Source of the DNA: Podarcis tiliguerta
Lineage: Eukaryota
Length of the DNA stretch: 64,000 bases
Assembly (NCBI GenBank): GCA_965153285.1
Contig: OZ229113.1
Direction: 5' to 3' (one strand)
The stretch's first letter is position 1; each line of letters begins with the position of its first letter. Under the pieces are notes generated by a model. That model saw only the letters and a list, made by a program, of their open reading frames with translations. It did not search any database and was not told where the DNA came from. Below are positions 38,966 through 52,200 of the stretch, in pieces. The position numbers were made by a program, and so were the translations under genes.

Positions 38966-39963
38966 AATGATATCACCAGCTATGACTGATATCATTGCCA
39001 GAAGAATAGCAGAACTTTAAAAGCCTCATATAGACAGTAATTCTAGTTCACCGATTTGTTGTTGCCTTTACTCATGAACGGAACCCTGTGTGCATATTTG
39101 CTAGTAAATGGTACAGCCGTTACTCTTTTCATCCGGTAAATGAAGGTAGAAAACCAGTTATGTTCAACCCTAGAGAGGTGATCCATGAAAGTTAAGTACA
39201 CTTTGGGGGATCGTATGAGTAGCTGAGTTTGCAGCTGCATGTGGCTAAATTAAGTAAGAAAAACCAACTCCTTTAAAAAAAAAACCCACAGTAAAAGTAC
39301 AGTTATATAATAAAATATATTTAGATTGCATATATATATTGTTTCGGTTACATTCCTTGTGCATGATTGTAGCGATTTTTGTCGAATTAAATATAAAGAG
39401 AATTACTAATGATGGCGCCTAACCTCTGAAATTGCTCTGTCAGACCTTTGTACATTATGCAGTAATTAGAAAGGGGCCATTAGCATGTATGCCGTGAACT
39501 TTTCAATGTAGTTCTGGACAGAGTAGCACAGCCAATTAAAACAAAGCCATTTAAGTGGGAAATAGGACCATTAAAGCCAATTCATTAGATCTGCATCTTT
39601 TGGAGTTGTTGGCACAGAGCATGCACATCAAAGCAGGAAGAGTGAGCTGCTGATCTGTGCCCCCAAAGCACTGAAGGGAGCAGTCAATTGTGGACTGTGA
39701 ATCTTCAGTCGCAGAGGTACTGATTGTACTGTAATGACTTAAGCAGATGTCGAGCACCAAATTAACTTGGATATGAAGGGGAGGAACCTGAAGCTTTAAG
39801 ATCTATCTATTCTAGATGACTAATATAGACCACAGCATTGATGAGATGACCCCTCCAGTGCTTAACAGTGGGCTGCTATTACTGTGCTCATTAAAAGTCA
39901 GCATTGCTAGGACATCAGAATACTGATCTGTGAACTTGCAGCAACATTAATACTTGTATTGCA

Positions 39964-39966
<3 letters not shown>

Positions 39967-39994
<28 letters not shown>
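39967..39994. repeat. (CA)n microsatellite
   Basis: Direct reading. Confidence 0.95.
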
Positions 39995-40000
<6 letters not shown>

Positions 40001-40534
40001 ATACAGAGTATGTGGCACTATGGTGCAGTTCACACAGCAGACTTCAAACCAGTTGCTGTAAGTTCAGAGACCTCCAGGTAACATTAATAGGAGCTATCAT
40101 AGCTAATGATTATCAGCCTCTATGGAAAGTCTTCTTCCAGCCCTCTTGGTGCTTCAGCCTGCTATTGCTGCCACTAATGCATCCTCGGTATATGGCTTCT
40201 GCTGACAACACAGAAGCAAAAGTTAGATAGTCTTCCTTTTGCTGTGACTACGCCCCCTCTGCTCTCAGAAGAAGCCAAGTCCTGCTGGAGGTTGGAGTGA
40301 GTGAGCAAGCAAGTGCAAAATGGCAGGCTGCAGTGTGCATAGCTGTTCATTCTGATAGCTGATAGTCAACTGGAAACCTCTGATCACATGGTGGGTTACT
40401 CAAATGCTCCTAGTGGACTCATAATATGATTCTTTCCAAGACTGTGTGTTTCCATTGTAGGCCTAAGACGGAAGTAGAAGGCTTCATTGTAAGATTTTTT
40501 TGGATCTGGTCTTGATGCGGTCTGAATTGACAGG

Positions 40535-40740
40535 AAACAGATATTGGGGTCATGGTGGATCACTCATTGAAAAAGTTGATCCAATATGCAGCAGCTGTGA
40601 AAAATGTGGTTTCCTTGTTAGGGATCATTTAATAATGGCCTGAAAATAAAACTGCCAATATCATAATGCTGTTCTACAAATCTATGGTGATATCACACTT
40701 GGAATACTGTGAACAGTTCTGGTCCCCTTGCCTCAAAAAG
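40535..40740 (+). mobile_element. Old CR1 ORF2 fragment
   Basis: Encodes a remnant FYKSMVISHLEYCEQFWSPCLKK, matching the CR1 motif LYxxLVRPHLEYCVQFWSP. Confidence 0.75.
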
Positions 40741-41609
40741 ATCGGTCACTTTGAGATCATAATGTCAGACTTGATGGACTTTTGATCCGATCCAGAAGGG
40801 CTTTATTCTTTCTTCCTCTTTTTTTCTTACAATATACTCAATAACATCAGAGGTAGCTTCCTGGATTCTTATATTGCCTAAACAAATCTCTCCCCCCCCC
40901 CCCACTTTTCAGAATCTGTGCATGCACAGAGGAACTGAACAGCTGACTGCTATCCGTTAATATGATTAATCATTGTTAACATAGAAATATTGTAGACAGA
41001 ATGTCTGTGTGAACTGCTTGATCCTAATGCATCTGTCTGGGAAGCGATGGCAGAGTGTCTTTGTGCTTGACTGAAAGAACCCTGCTGGTTCCAACAGCTG
41101 CTGAAATCAAGCCTGTATCATTCCTATTAATTCAGCTTAAAATGGTGAGTGTTGCACTGAGATGGTGGACTCGTGTCATTTCTGCTTGGTTGTATCCAAA
41201 AGTCAAAACTGGAAGCCTCTTTCATGTAAAAGTTGTTAAGATTTTATTCAGTAAATAGTGTTGTTCCAATCACAGTTGTTTGGTGCTGTTTGCCTTGCAA
41301 CCTTAAATAGAGTGAGCTATCACAGCTGAGGGATAAAAAGTATAAACTTTTAATGCCCCTTTTGTATGGTATATGTGAATTGCATTTGAGTGCAGATGAA
41401 CAGTTTATTTATTACACTTACCTACTACTTCCACCAGGAATCTCAGAGCAGTTCATACGGATGTTCAGAACACAAACCTATCCAGGCAGGGAAGAGTTTG
41501 AGAACATGCCTTTTGAAATGCAAATGCATCATATTCCCAACTACCATTTGTGGAGAAATGTGGAAGGGCTATTTCTTGTTGAGATAGTAAAACTGTCTGG
41601 GATTACCTG

Positions 41610-41735
41610 AGTGGTGAACCTGTAGCTCTATATATAGTGTTCAACTTGAACTCCCATAGATCCCAACTAGCATAGCAAAGGATTATGGGAAGTGTAGTCC
41701 ACCAAGCCCTGGAGAGCCACAGGTTCTCCCACTTG
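41610..41735. repeat. Short palindromic MITE-like repeat; related pieces at 31195-31287 and 63610-63700
   Basis: GAACCTGTAGCTCT...AACTCCCAT...ATGGGAAGTGTAGTCC...GGAGAGCCACAGGTTC. Confidence 0.55.
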
Positions 41736-44666
41736 GGGTATTAAAATGCTTTCTCCCTCTGGAGGACAACTAGTTTTCCATGTGTATGAAATTTTATTTA
41801 TGACAAGTTGGTGAAAGTCTGTTTGGAAAGCCGATTAATATAATTCAGTTGGAAATAATGCTTGCATTGAAGGAAAAATCAAAGTGAAACTTAAACTGGA
41901 TTTTAAATAGAAGTCTGAGTGACGCTGGAACTGAATATTTTGTTTAAAAGTTCTGGAAAATGTGCAGTTTCCTAAGAAATGTTACTGGTCTTAAGAAGAC
42001 CCATCTGGCTTCCCCCAAGATTCCTCAGATGCTTATCCAATTGATTTTATGTACCATGAAAGCTTGTGTAAAATGGATATTTAGAGGGAGATTTTTCAAT
42101 GTAACAATAATATATTTTGCATTATTGTTTTTGGGGTGGCCCAATTAGATATGGTCATTGCAAGTCATCACCCACCAATTTACAATCGCAGGTTATGGCC
42201 CACCAAGCTGAACTCAGTCTTTCAGCTACAGAAATGTATAATAGGGTGAAGTGGGGTGAATTGGGATAACTTGCTTCTCCCCAATTCGTTGTGCAATGAT
42301 AGTAGTGTCCTGTGGAATCAGGGCCTACCACAAAGCCTTGCCGTGCTCTGTCATTCCACCCCCAAAACTTTCTGTCTGTTATAGCTTTATAGTCTCCTTT
42401 TTCTCAAAGTATGTGTTTAGATGAAGTGAAATGGTCTAAATGTTTCCTGCGGAGCACTCTAGAGTGCCGGTTTCTTTTTTTGTTAAAACACAGCAGCAGA
42501 ACATTTTTTTTTTTTTAAGTTAAAAGCTCTGCTTAAAAAATCCTGTGTTGCTTTTACAAACAAACAGAACTATATAGAATTCCATAGGCAGCATTCTATA
42601 CAGCCTCATGTGAGGCCTATTGGAGGATGCAAACAGGCACCAGAAAGGCCACAGTGACTGTATCTATTAAATTTATATACCACCGTTCATCGAGGGATCA
42701 CAGGGTGGTTTAGTGTAAAAACACAAAAATACATAAAATAACCACAGAGATACAGATACAAGGTGGATCTTGGGGTTGGTTCATACCCATGTCATGCATA
42801 AATGTCATATTTGAAGGCATCACCAGCACTCCTTGAGTGTTTCAGTCTGGCTGGAATGTGGTGCAAACCTCTGATACTGCTGCTTGCTTGTTTGCCTGGT
42901 TGGAGGATTCAAATGATGTGTGAGTGTGTGGAAAGGTAAAAGCCTATTGTAGAAAGGTAAAATTCACATATATTGCTCCCCACACCACTGCCGTGTGCCA
43001 TGTTCCTGCACTGAAGATTGCCCAGAAAGGACTGCTGAAAAACTTTCTCCATCCTTCACCTCGGTCCCAGACCCTCAGATATTTTATAGTTGTTGTAATG
43101 GTGTCACAATGTGACATAGCCGACTGACTCGGGTCTGATGTTACTAATGGCAGATTAAATGAACGTCGACCAATGACAGTGCTAGTCACATTGGTGAATC
43201 TAACTAATCAGGGATCACTAAGGTTAAGTGAAGCGTCTTTAGAGCAGGAACAATACTTTCTGAATAAGTAAAATCTCATCTCATTTTCCTACTGCTAAAT
43301 AATTGCCAAGGGGTGCACCTTCTAACACTGATGAAAATGTATACTAAATTGTCCGTCTCTTTCCCAGTGTAGCCCTAGTAAAAATGTCTCTGTTTCATAA
43401 TGTTAATTTCTGATATATCACCCACCACTTAGTTCTAAACTAACAAGATCCCAAATGTTTTAGCCTTTCCACACAGAGATTCTGTTCCAGTCCCTTGATA
43501 ATTTTAGTTGCCCTTTTCTGTCCCCTTTTCATTCAGGCTCGCCATATGCAAAATGGTGACAGTGCCAAAATTTAGTGTATTGCATTAAAGGGTGGCGGGA
43601 AAGCAGGACAAATAATCTATTGCTCTGAATCTGACTGGAAAGTTGAAAGAAGCAAGTAAAATGGAGGCTGACGTTCTTTGAATTTTAAAAGGCAATTTGG
43701 CTTTCATTGCTCTTCCAGAGGAAAGAAAATAGAACAAAGCCCTCTGGACATAATGTCCTTTTAACTCTTGGAGTGCCTCTGGCCAGAAAGTGTAGAGAGG
43801 GAGGCTGTACTCATCTTAATTTCATCTGTTCAGTTGGAAATAAAGTATGACATTAAGAGTACCCAGGAACATTTGTCCTCACTTCATTTATGTTTGTTGA
43901 CCTAATTTAATGGTGTTCTAATTTCCAGTGGCACACCAATATTTTTAACATACCACAAAGGAAATGAAAGTTGTTGTTTTTTTAAAAAAGATGTAGGAAG
44001 AAGTGCATTTTAAGCTCCTCTTACTGTTAATAGGTTTGTCAGTACACAGCATGCTTCTTATGAATGCTTGAAGGGTTTTCCAGATCCCAGGTTGGCTGAT
44101 ACGATTCTCTTGATGGGATGTGTTTGCTTTACCTCAAGAACACTAGGATTTCTCTTTCTTTTTCAGACAAAAATGTTGTATAACCTAAGTTTACTGAAGG
44201 GCTCCCTATCTCATATTTTGAGGCTCGTGGAGCAATTTTGAAGCCCAAAGGAACAATTAATATGAAGAAGCAAGAGCTTTATCAAGACATTGATTAACCA
44301 GAAGTAATTTGTGGGGGTGGGGTGCTTAGCAGGTACCCTGGATATAAAATTTATGGTATGCTAATGAAGTCATGCTGAAAATTAAGAATAATGCTGGACC
44401 GGGAGCTGTAAAAATATCAGGTTGGTCTTCAAAATTTGGTGGAATGTTTGACAGAGCTCAGAACATGCATTTCTGTTTGGAACTGAAAACTCCTGAGATT
44501 TCTCATCACCATTAATTTTATTTCAGGGAGCTGTAGTGCAGTGTAGAGTCTCCACATAAATTTATGCAAAGGTGAAGTTAGAGGAGACTGTTAAGGCCAA
44601 AAAATAATCATGGTCATGAGGATTTTGATGAAAACCGAACTATTTTTTGCTAAGATTAGAATATTT

Positions 44667-45392
44667 GTTTGTTATAATTAGATATAAAAATAGAAAAAAA
44701 TCTTAATAATTATTCATAAAGGAAACAGTTTATAAGATGTAAATAAGGAGGCCAGATACAGGATAAAGGAAGTCTTTTACAGTGGTGCCTCGCAAGACAA
44801 AAAGAATCCGTTCCGCGAGTCTCTTCGTCTTGCGGTTTTTTTCGTCTTGTGAAGCAAGCCCATTAGCAGATTAGCGCTATTAGCGGTTTAGCGGCTATTA
44901 GCGGCTATTAGCGGCTATTAAAGGCTTAAGGGATTAGCGGATTAGCTGCTAAAAGGCTATTAGCGGCTATTAAAGGTTTAAGGGATTAGCGGATTAGCTG
45001 CTAAAAGGCTATTAGCGGCTTAGATCAGCTGATAAGTGGTTTAGCGATCAGCTGTTAAGCGGCTTAGCGAACAGCTGTTAAGCGGCTTAGGGGTTTGGGG
45101 AAAAGGGGGGGAGGGAAAAAAACACCCAGGAATCGCAAGGCATTTTCGTCTTGCGAAGCAAGCCCATAGCAAATTCGTCCTGCGAAGCACCTCCAAAACG
45201 GAAAACCCTTTCGTCTAGCGGGTTTTCCGTCTTGCGAGGCCTTCGTCTTGCGGGGCACCACTGTATTTGGTTGTTTGTATTGTTGTATGTTATGTTCACA
45301 TTTAATGAAGGTGGATTTGTGTGTTGGGGGTGGTGGGGTGGTGTTATGTTATAAATAAAATCCCAATAAAAATTAAAATTGTAAAAAAAAAA
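44667..45392 (+). mobile_element. Short poly(A) retroposon, probably an L1-type 3' end, interrupted by a family C MITE
   Basis: 10-bp TSD TAGAATATTT (44657-44666, 45393-45402); GT-rich 3' region, AATAAA at about 45365, A-tail. Confidence 0.7.
44780..45263. mobile_element. Tc1/mariner-type MITE (family C), 484 bp, with expanded internal minisatellite
   Basis: TA|CAGTGGTGCCTCGCAAGAC...GTCTTGCGGGGCACCACTG|TA; inverted relative to 7138. Confidence 0.94.
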
Positions 45393-47126
45393 TAGAATAT
45401 TTTCTTGTGAGCAGGTGCTGCAGGTGCCTGATTGTCCAACAGGAAAGAAAAGCTAAAGATAAGGAACAAGATTAGAATGAAAAACCCTCAAGGAGGAGTT
45501 AAAAACCATTTCCTAATGTGTTTGCTTTCTCTCTGCCCTTCCTTAAACTTGTACTTTGGACAAGTTTGTTTTTGGGGGTGGCTTCTAACACTGCATTACC
45601 CAATCCAGCATGAAAGCTCATGCTGGGTTGGGTACCTCAATCTCCGAAGCCCACGGTCATTACCAAAGTAGTTCACTTCTTGAAGAATCCAAGCATAGGG
45701 AGTCAGACCACAGGTAAAAGAGGACTGTAGCTGTAGGCAAAGTCATGCTTTTGAATCTGATATTCCTGGGAATCATGCCCCATGATCCACGGGCAATACC
45801 AAGGGAACACTCCTATGCGCAAGAGAGCAGCACTGAGCAAGCTGGTGAAAGTTAAGCCAGCACAAAGTGACATTAGCTTAAGACCCCGTTCAGCAGCAGG
45901 GCTGCTGCTGCTGATGTGCCAAAGTCTGGCAGAGGGAAATCATAGAAAAAGAGAGAAAGGAAACTTTGGTAATTAATTTTTCAGTGGTAATCCCATATCA
46001 TGCAGAATTTGTATTTTACAAATTAAGACATCCTTCTGTGGCTTAAAAAAACAACACCACCATAGTTCCCTAGTGCAATTATAGTATCTCAGTGATTGGG
46101 GATGAACAAATTATTACCTTGGCAATGTAAGTTAAGGAGCAAAGGGCTTTCATCAAGGGTATTCTGTGCTACAAATCATGTACTTTTATCCAGGAAATAG
46201 GCAGCTGCTTAACAACCAAGACATTCATTATCTAACTTCACTGCCACTTTTGACTTCTTAACATGTATATACAAGCAAGAAAGGAGTATAATTTTGATTT
46301 TCTGGAGTTGCTTACAATTTTTCACAATGCTCTCATGCTTTGCTTTTCAGTTGAGTGCATTTGTCATCAGGGATGTTAACCAAAACTGACTGACAACTTA
46401 TCATTTTGATGTCCTCATGTTCACTAAATGACCCCCGGATTTGGGTGGGCTTATCATGCAACAAATGCCAGGAAAAGGCAAGAATGGCTTCAAATAGGAT
46501 ATTTTTTTTAAAAAAAAAATCTGTACAAAATGTTTCTGGGAAGATATTTTTACCCAACCAAAATTGCTATTTTCAACTGAAAATGGGAATGGAAGCATAG
46601 GGCACAGCTTGAGCAATCTCAGTACATAATCTAGACTTGAGTGGCTCTTCTGTTAGAAGTGCAGTGATCAAAAGAGGTTGTAGGTAGTAATGGGAGCTTC
46701 ATTCCTTCGAAGTTATATTATTCATCCAAGTGAAACATAGCCACAAAACAACAGTTCACTTATGTTTCTGAAGTGGCATAGTTGCCTGGTGACGTCTCAT
46801 TACATCACTCAGGCAATCCCTGAATTCAATATGCATATGGGAGAAAGGGATCACTCGGACCATCACCATGAGGGGAGGAGATGCTAGTGCCCCCCTCTCT
46901 TGTACTGTCTGACCAGCTTTCAATGCAGGATGCATTGCAGGGAGGCTCACCGGACACCTTCCCTGCATATCTTTAGGTGCCAGGTGAAAACATTTCTCTA
47001 TCATCAGGCCTTGGGCTGATTAACATTCGATAGCCTTTGAAATGAGTTTGTGGGAGAGGGGTTATTGGTTTGTTTTTGTTTTATTATGTATTTTGTGCTC
47101 CCGTTTTGTAGTCTTATGCTGTGAAC

Positions 47127-47629
47127 CAGGGGTCAGCAAACTTTCAGCAGGGGGCTGGTCCACTGTCCCTCAGACCATATGGGGGTCCAGACTATATTTT
47201 TTTTTGGGGGGGGGGATGATGCAAGAGCCCCAGTGGCTGCTTACCGTAGCTGTCAACTTTTCCCTTTTCTTACGAGGGATCCTATTCGGAATAAGGGAAT
47301 TTCCCTTTAAAAAAGGGGAAAGCTATGCTGCTTATCTGTGTCTTGTGAGCGGCAGGGACTGGCGGTGGGACGATGATCAGATTGCGGAAGGGCTCCAGAG
47401 AGGGGCTGCTTAAAATGGTGGCTGCTCAAGTGCTGCTGCTGCTGGCACCAACAAAGCCCAGCCCCCTTCCTCCTCTAGGCAGGGCAGGGAGAAGCCAGGA
47501 GGAGGGAGGGAGGAGGCGCCGTGTGAGGGAGAGGGAAAGAATGCACACGCTGGCGATCCATGCGGCGATTCCCGGACCATCTGCGGGCCAGATCCAGAAG
47601 GCCTGTGGGTCTTAGTTTGCTGACCCATG
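47127..47629 (+). mobile_element. hAT MITE, long variant of family A (503 bp)
   Basis: TIR CAGGGGTCAGCAAACT...AGTTTGCTGACCCATG; 8-bp TSD CTGTGAAC (47119-47126, 47630-47637). Confidence 0.93.
47245..47327. mobile_element. 83-bp mini hAT MITE nested in the family A element
   Basis: CGTAGCT...AGCTATG ends, TTTTCCC/GGGGAAA arms, 8-bp TSD CTGCTTA(C/T) (47237-47244, 47328-47335). Confidence 0.75.
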
Positions 47630-48177
47630 CTGTGAACTGTCCTGTGATCTTGGGATGAAGGGTGGTATACAGATTTAAATACATAAATTGCACATGACAG
47701 AACATATCACTGTGTGGGTTGCAGACAGGGATGCAATTTCTTCCAAATCTCAATATTAAGCTTAGCAACATATCTTGTTTTGCTCTTAAGATATTGATAT
47801 TGATATTGGTAAAGATATTGATACTTTTTAGTTTTACCGAGTCTGCTAAAAAGACAATTATATGTACTGTGTTGCATATATTATTATCATAATGCATATA
47901 ATATTATACATATATCACGCACATATACTTGCATACAATTTAGGAGCCTACTTTGGTATTAAATAATATACACTCCAGATTTCTTACAGCAACTAGCACA
48001 TAAACAGACACATACAGCAATTAATATAGCTGTATAGAAATGCTTATGTATTAGTACTTATAAAATTATGCTGTAGAAATATACTGCTGCATGGGGCTTG
48101 TTGTATAATATATTTACTGATTGTATAATATAGTTACTATTTGCACATATTTCTGCATGTAATAAATCAGACTTTTA

Positions 48178-48199
48178 AAATAAATAAATAAATAAATAA
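48178..48199. repeat. (AAAT)n microsatellite
   Basis: Direct reading. Confidence 0.85.
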
Positions 48200-49247
48200 A
48201 ACCCAATAGTGTGGAAGCAGCTCAGATATAAGCAGACAGTTGATACAAGAGGCAGTCTGATGTGGTCAAAGTTGTTCATGTCAGAACCTTTAAATCCCAT
48301 GTTTAAAACTGTTTAAAACATATTATTCTTCTATCCCTAGTTGTGAAACAAACTGTAACTCTTTTAATCATTTATCACAACATGCAATTTCTGTTTGCTT
48401 AGCCGGAATTTCTCATAGCACTTTAACATACCTCCTTTTCTAGTTAAGAGCCATCACCATTTGTACTTTTTCATAATGCCACTTTTTGGCTATAATTTAC
48501 TTATGCTTGTATCGGGCGATAGAATCTGATCAAGCCCAGAGAAGATTTATTTACATATTTAGTTAATTATACTGTGAAGTGTTTTACAACCATAAAAAGT
48601 GATAGAAATAATAAAAATAACATAAATTAAAAGCTAGCACTGTGTAGGCTTGTTATGCATTCCCAGTCAGCAGCAGGTAATATTTACGAGATGGAGGGTT
48701 GATTATAAAATCAAATGTGGGTTAAAAATATTGATAAATGAAATCTTATACCCAATACATTTTCACCTGGAATAAACAAAGCACGAAAGTACCCTCAGTT
48801 GCTGGCTTAGTGTGTGTCTGCAGTTCAAAAACACCTTATTACTAGCACTGCAAACACACTATGGCGTGTTTACAATGCTGGGGCAACCCAAAGCTGGAAA
48901 AGTGGCGTTGGCCTCAGACAGGGTTTTGCATAGCACACCTGATAACTCCCCAAAACTACCAGCAAGGGACTATAGCAATCTTCATCCACATTCCCTGTAG
49001 AGCTCTCCAAGATGCTTCTAACCTTCAGGAAATTGGTTTTCCACACACCACTCTGTCTTTGCTGTGTGATGAAATATTATCATCCGGCTTGTTTGCTTCA
49101 GCTGCACTCATGACAAGGTCCTACTTCTCAAGTGCAAGAGGTACAAGATACTTGATGGCAGGGGCATACTCAAGATGTCCTCAGATGACTTGAAAGCACA
49201 GGGGCATATTTGAAGGAAAACTTCCCGTGTAGTCACTATCTCAGGTA

Positions 49248-49611
49248 AAAAGGTAAAGGGGCCCCTGACCATTAGGTCCAGTTGTAACCGACTCTGGGGT
49301 TGCGGCGCTCATCTCGCTTTATTGGCCGAGGGAGCCGGCGTACAGTTTCAGGGTCATGTGGCCAGCATGACTAAGCCGCTTCTGGCAAACCAAAAGAGCA
49401 CACGGAAAAGCCATTTACCTTCCTGCCGGAGTGGTACCTATTTATCTACTTGCACTTGACGTGCTATCGAACTGCTAGGTTGGCAGGAGCTGGGACCGAG
49501 CAATGGGAGCTCACCTCATCGCGGGGATTCGAACCGCCGACCTTCTGATCGGCAAGTCCTAGGCTCTGTGGTTTAACCCACAGCACCACCCGTACAGCTG
49601 ACCAAAAGGCG
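49248..49611 (-). mobile_element. Near full-length Sauria SINE
   Basis: Minus-strand head GGGTGGTGCTGTGGGTTAAACCACAGAGCC, B box GGTTCGAATCCCC, ACCTTT tail; 12-bp TSD CTATCTCA(G/A)GTA (49236-49247, 49612-49623). Confidence 0.95.
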
Positions 49612-51355
49612 CTATCTCAAGTACTACATACATGGGGACGCACTGCTTTAAAGGTCAAAACTTGGAGCTAGGCCGGCAAACAAGCAAGTAACCAGATCTT
49701 AGTATTTAGGACATGATAGTCATCTCATAGGGACAATGGACCATGTAAAAAAATAATACATGAACCAACTATCCAGATATCCACAGAAGTGAGAACTCTC
49801 TTTGCTGTTTGTAGGATAGAAGGTGATCAGAGCTGCTTTGCTCCATTCCTGCTAATAGTTCACATTGAAGTGAAACTTTAAAAAAAACTAAAATAACAGA
49901 GCTGTTTTCTAATTAAAGTTTTGGCAGGTCATTATTTTCATACAGCTGCTTCTTTGGCAGAAGGTCACACTTTATGAAAATCTGTTGCTATAAATGGAAG
50001 TAAAGTAGGCATGGCAAAAGCCTTTTTTCCTCTTTATTTTCCCTCATTATATGAGACTTCAATGTGTATTAATTAAGTGCACCCCCAGGGTAGCTGCAGA
50101 CACAAGGTGAAAACTTAGGCAGGCTGTTTTTACCCTGCAACAGCACACCCTGTTGTTTTATTGCTAATTTTTGCATTTTCACTGCAGTTCCTCCTTTCTT
50201 CAGTAAACTATAGAAAGACTTGACTGATTAAAAAAACCCCTATATGGCTTTAGTTAGTTAAACTGGAGCTCTTTTTACATTTCTGACCCCAAAAGCAGTG
50301 TGCTTTATTTTTCTAAAATATATGTAAATTTCAATTTTTAAAGAATGAAAGCATGAAAAAGCTGCTTAGTAATCAAATTGCAGGTGATGGGGCAGAGAGG
50401 TCCCAGCACTCTTCCCTTTGGTGACAACCCCCTTAGCTACTATTTGAGAGAGGTTCAAAGAGGGGCATGTTAATAAAAATGTGGGGAGGATCAAGACTTG
50501 GGCATTGCGGGTTTCCTCCCTGGCCCCCAGCATCACAGAGCGGACTTTCAATAAAGATATCAATATCTTTATTTGTTTTTTATGGAGTCTTCATAAAAAT
50601 GGTGTTCCTGGACCATTCATCCCAAAGTTCATCATTATCATCATCATACATTTTAAAAAACTGATCATTATAGTTCGCACATGGGGAAGACTATCTGAAC
50701 ACCAAATGCCCAACGCAGTGGTTAGGTATGTTTTCAACTTATGTCCCAAACAGGTGTAGTTTTCTGAAATAGTTGATGAATAAAATATAGGCCAAGAAGT
50801 AGTTACTTGACCTCTTCCCCCCGTATTTGAAAATTCCTAGGGGACCCTCATCAGTATGTGACACTCAGTAAGTGGAAGGGATCAGCCTTACAGAGCACTG
50901 CAGTCTTACATAGCAGTACGTCTGCAAGCAGTCAAGCTGATAAGCATTGGAGAAGGAATAAAAAATTAGCTCAGTATTCCCCCAAGGCCAGAATATTTAC
51001 CAGCTCTTTTGTCACCATAGCCACACAAGTAGAAAATGCCTCAATATTTCTTTACTGTGTTTCCAATTTGTGTTTTCAGTTTCCGATTTTCAAAACAGAA
51101 GATGACCAGAGGCAAACACAGATTTTTGGATACCCCTCCCCTCCCCCCCGCCCCAGTTCCATTCCATCCCTGAGCACATATACATAGACCTGATAATTCA
51201 CAGTCCTTACCCAGCAAAATCAAAGGACAAAGGACTATATTTTATTGAACCTATGCACACCGGACTTTGCACATATTTCTGCCACTTGCATATTTCATCC
51301 AATGCCATAAAGTCAAACATTTCACAGATTAAAAGAAGAATACTATAATTCAATA

Positions 51356-51597
51356 CAGTGGTACCTCGGGTTACATGCGCTTCAGGTTACAGACGCTTCA
51401 GGTTACAGACTCCACTAACCCAGAAATAGTGCCTCAGGTTAAGAACTTTGCTTCAGGATGAGAACAGAAATCGTGCTCCGGCGGCGTGGCGGCAGCAGGA
51501 GGCCCCATTAGCTAAAGTGGTGCTTCAGGTTAAGAACAGTTTCAGATTAAGAACGGACCTCCGGAACAAATTAAGTACATAACCCAAGGTACCACTG
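51356..51597 (+). mobile_element. Tc1/mariner-type MITE (family D)
   Basis: TA|CAGTGGTACCTCGGGTTA...TAACCCAAGGTACCACTG|TA; one extra GCTTCAGGTTACAGAC unit. Confidence 0.94.
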
Positions 51598-52132
51598 TAA
51601 ATAAAATAAATCAAGATCTTTTTTAACAACCCTGTTATTGTACTTTCTGAACCCCACTCTGTCTGTTACTATGTGTCATTGAAGTCTCTTCATGCCATCT
51701 GGCTGTGTGCTGTACTTTTATCTCTCAATGACTCTATTCTCCACTGGTTTACATGCCAAAACATGATTGCTCTTTTGCTTAAATTTATACCAGAAAAAAC
51801 ATGATTGTCCTGCAAAATGTTATTGACAGTTATTGACAGAAATGGTAGGCTGTGAACTGCATGGCACTTCAGCACTCATGCATATACACCTACACTAAAG
51901 CCAAAATGCATTTATGCACATGTTCGGAGATTTACAGTTAAATCTAATGCATGTTTACACAGAAATAATCCCACTGTTTTCATTGGGCTTTTCTCACTAG
52001 GGAGTGTGTTTAGGACTGCTGCCATTACTTCTCTAGGGAAGAAGCTGAATCCTAAAGACTGACTTGCACAAGCCAATTCAAGAGGCAAAAAGTAGGAATA
52101 AATAGAGACAAGTGATTTCACAAGGGACACAA

Positions 52133-52200
52133 ACCAGTAAAGTGGGCACCAGTTGGAAACTGCATACCAGTAAATTGGAAACCAGTTGGAAACTGCATAC
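52133..52200. repeat. 33-bp tandem duplication
   Basis: ACCAGTAAA(G/T)TGG..ACCAGTTGGAAACTGCAT twice, at 52133 and 52166. Confidence 0.85.

Larger units (their letters stand above)
47005..47688 (+). mobile_element. L2 3' UTR/tail hosting nested MITEs
   Basis: Matches 26590-26760 and is split at CTGTGAAC by the insertion. Confidence 0.8.
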
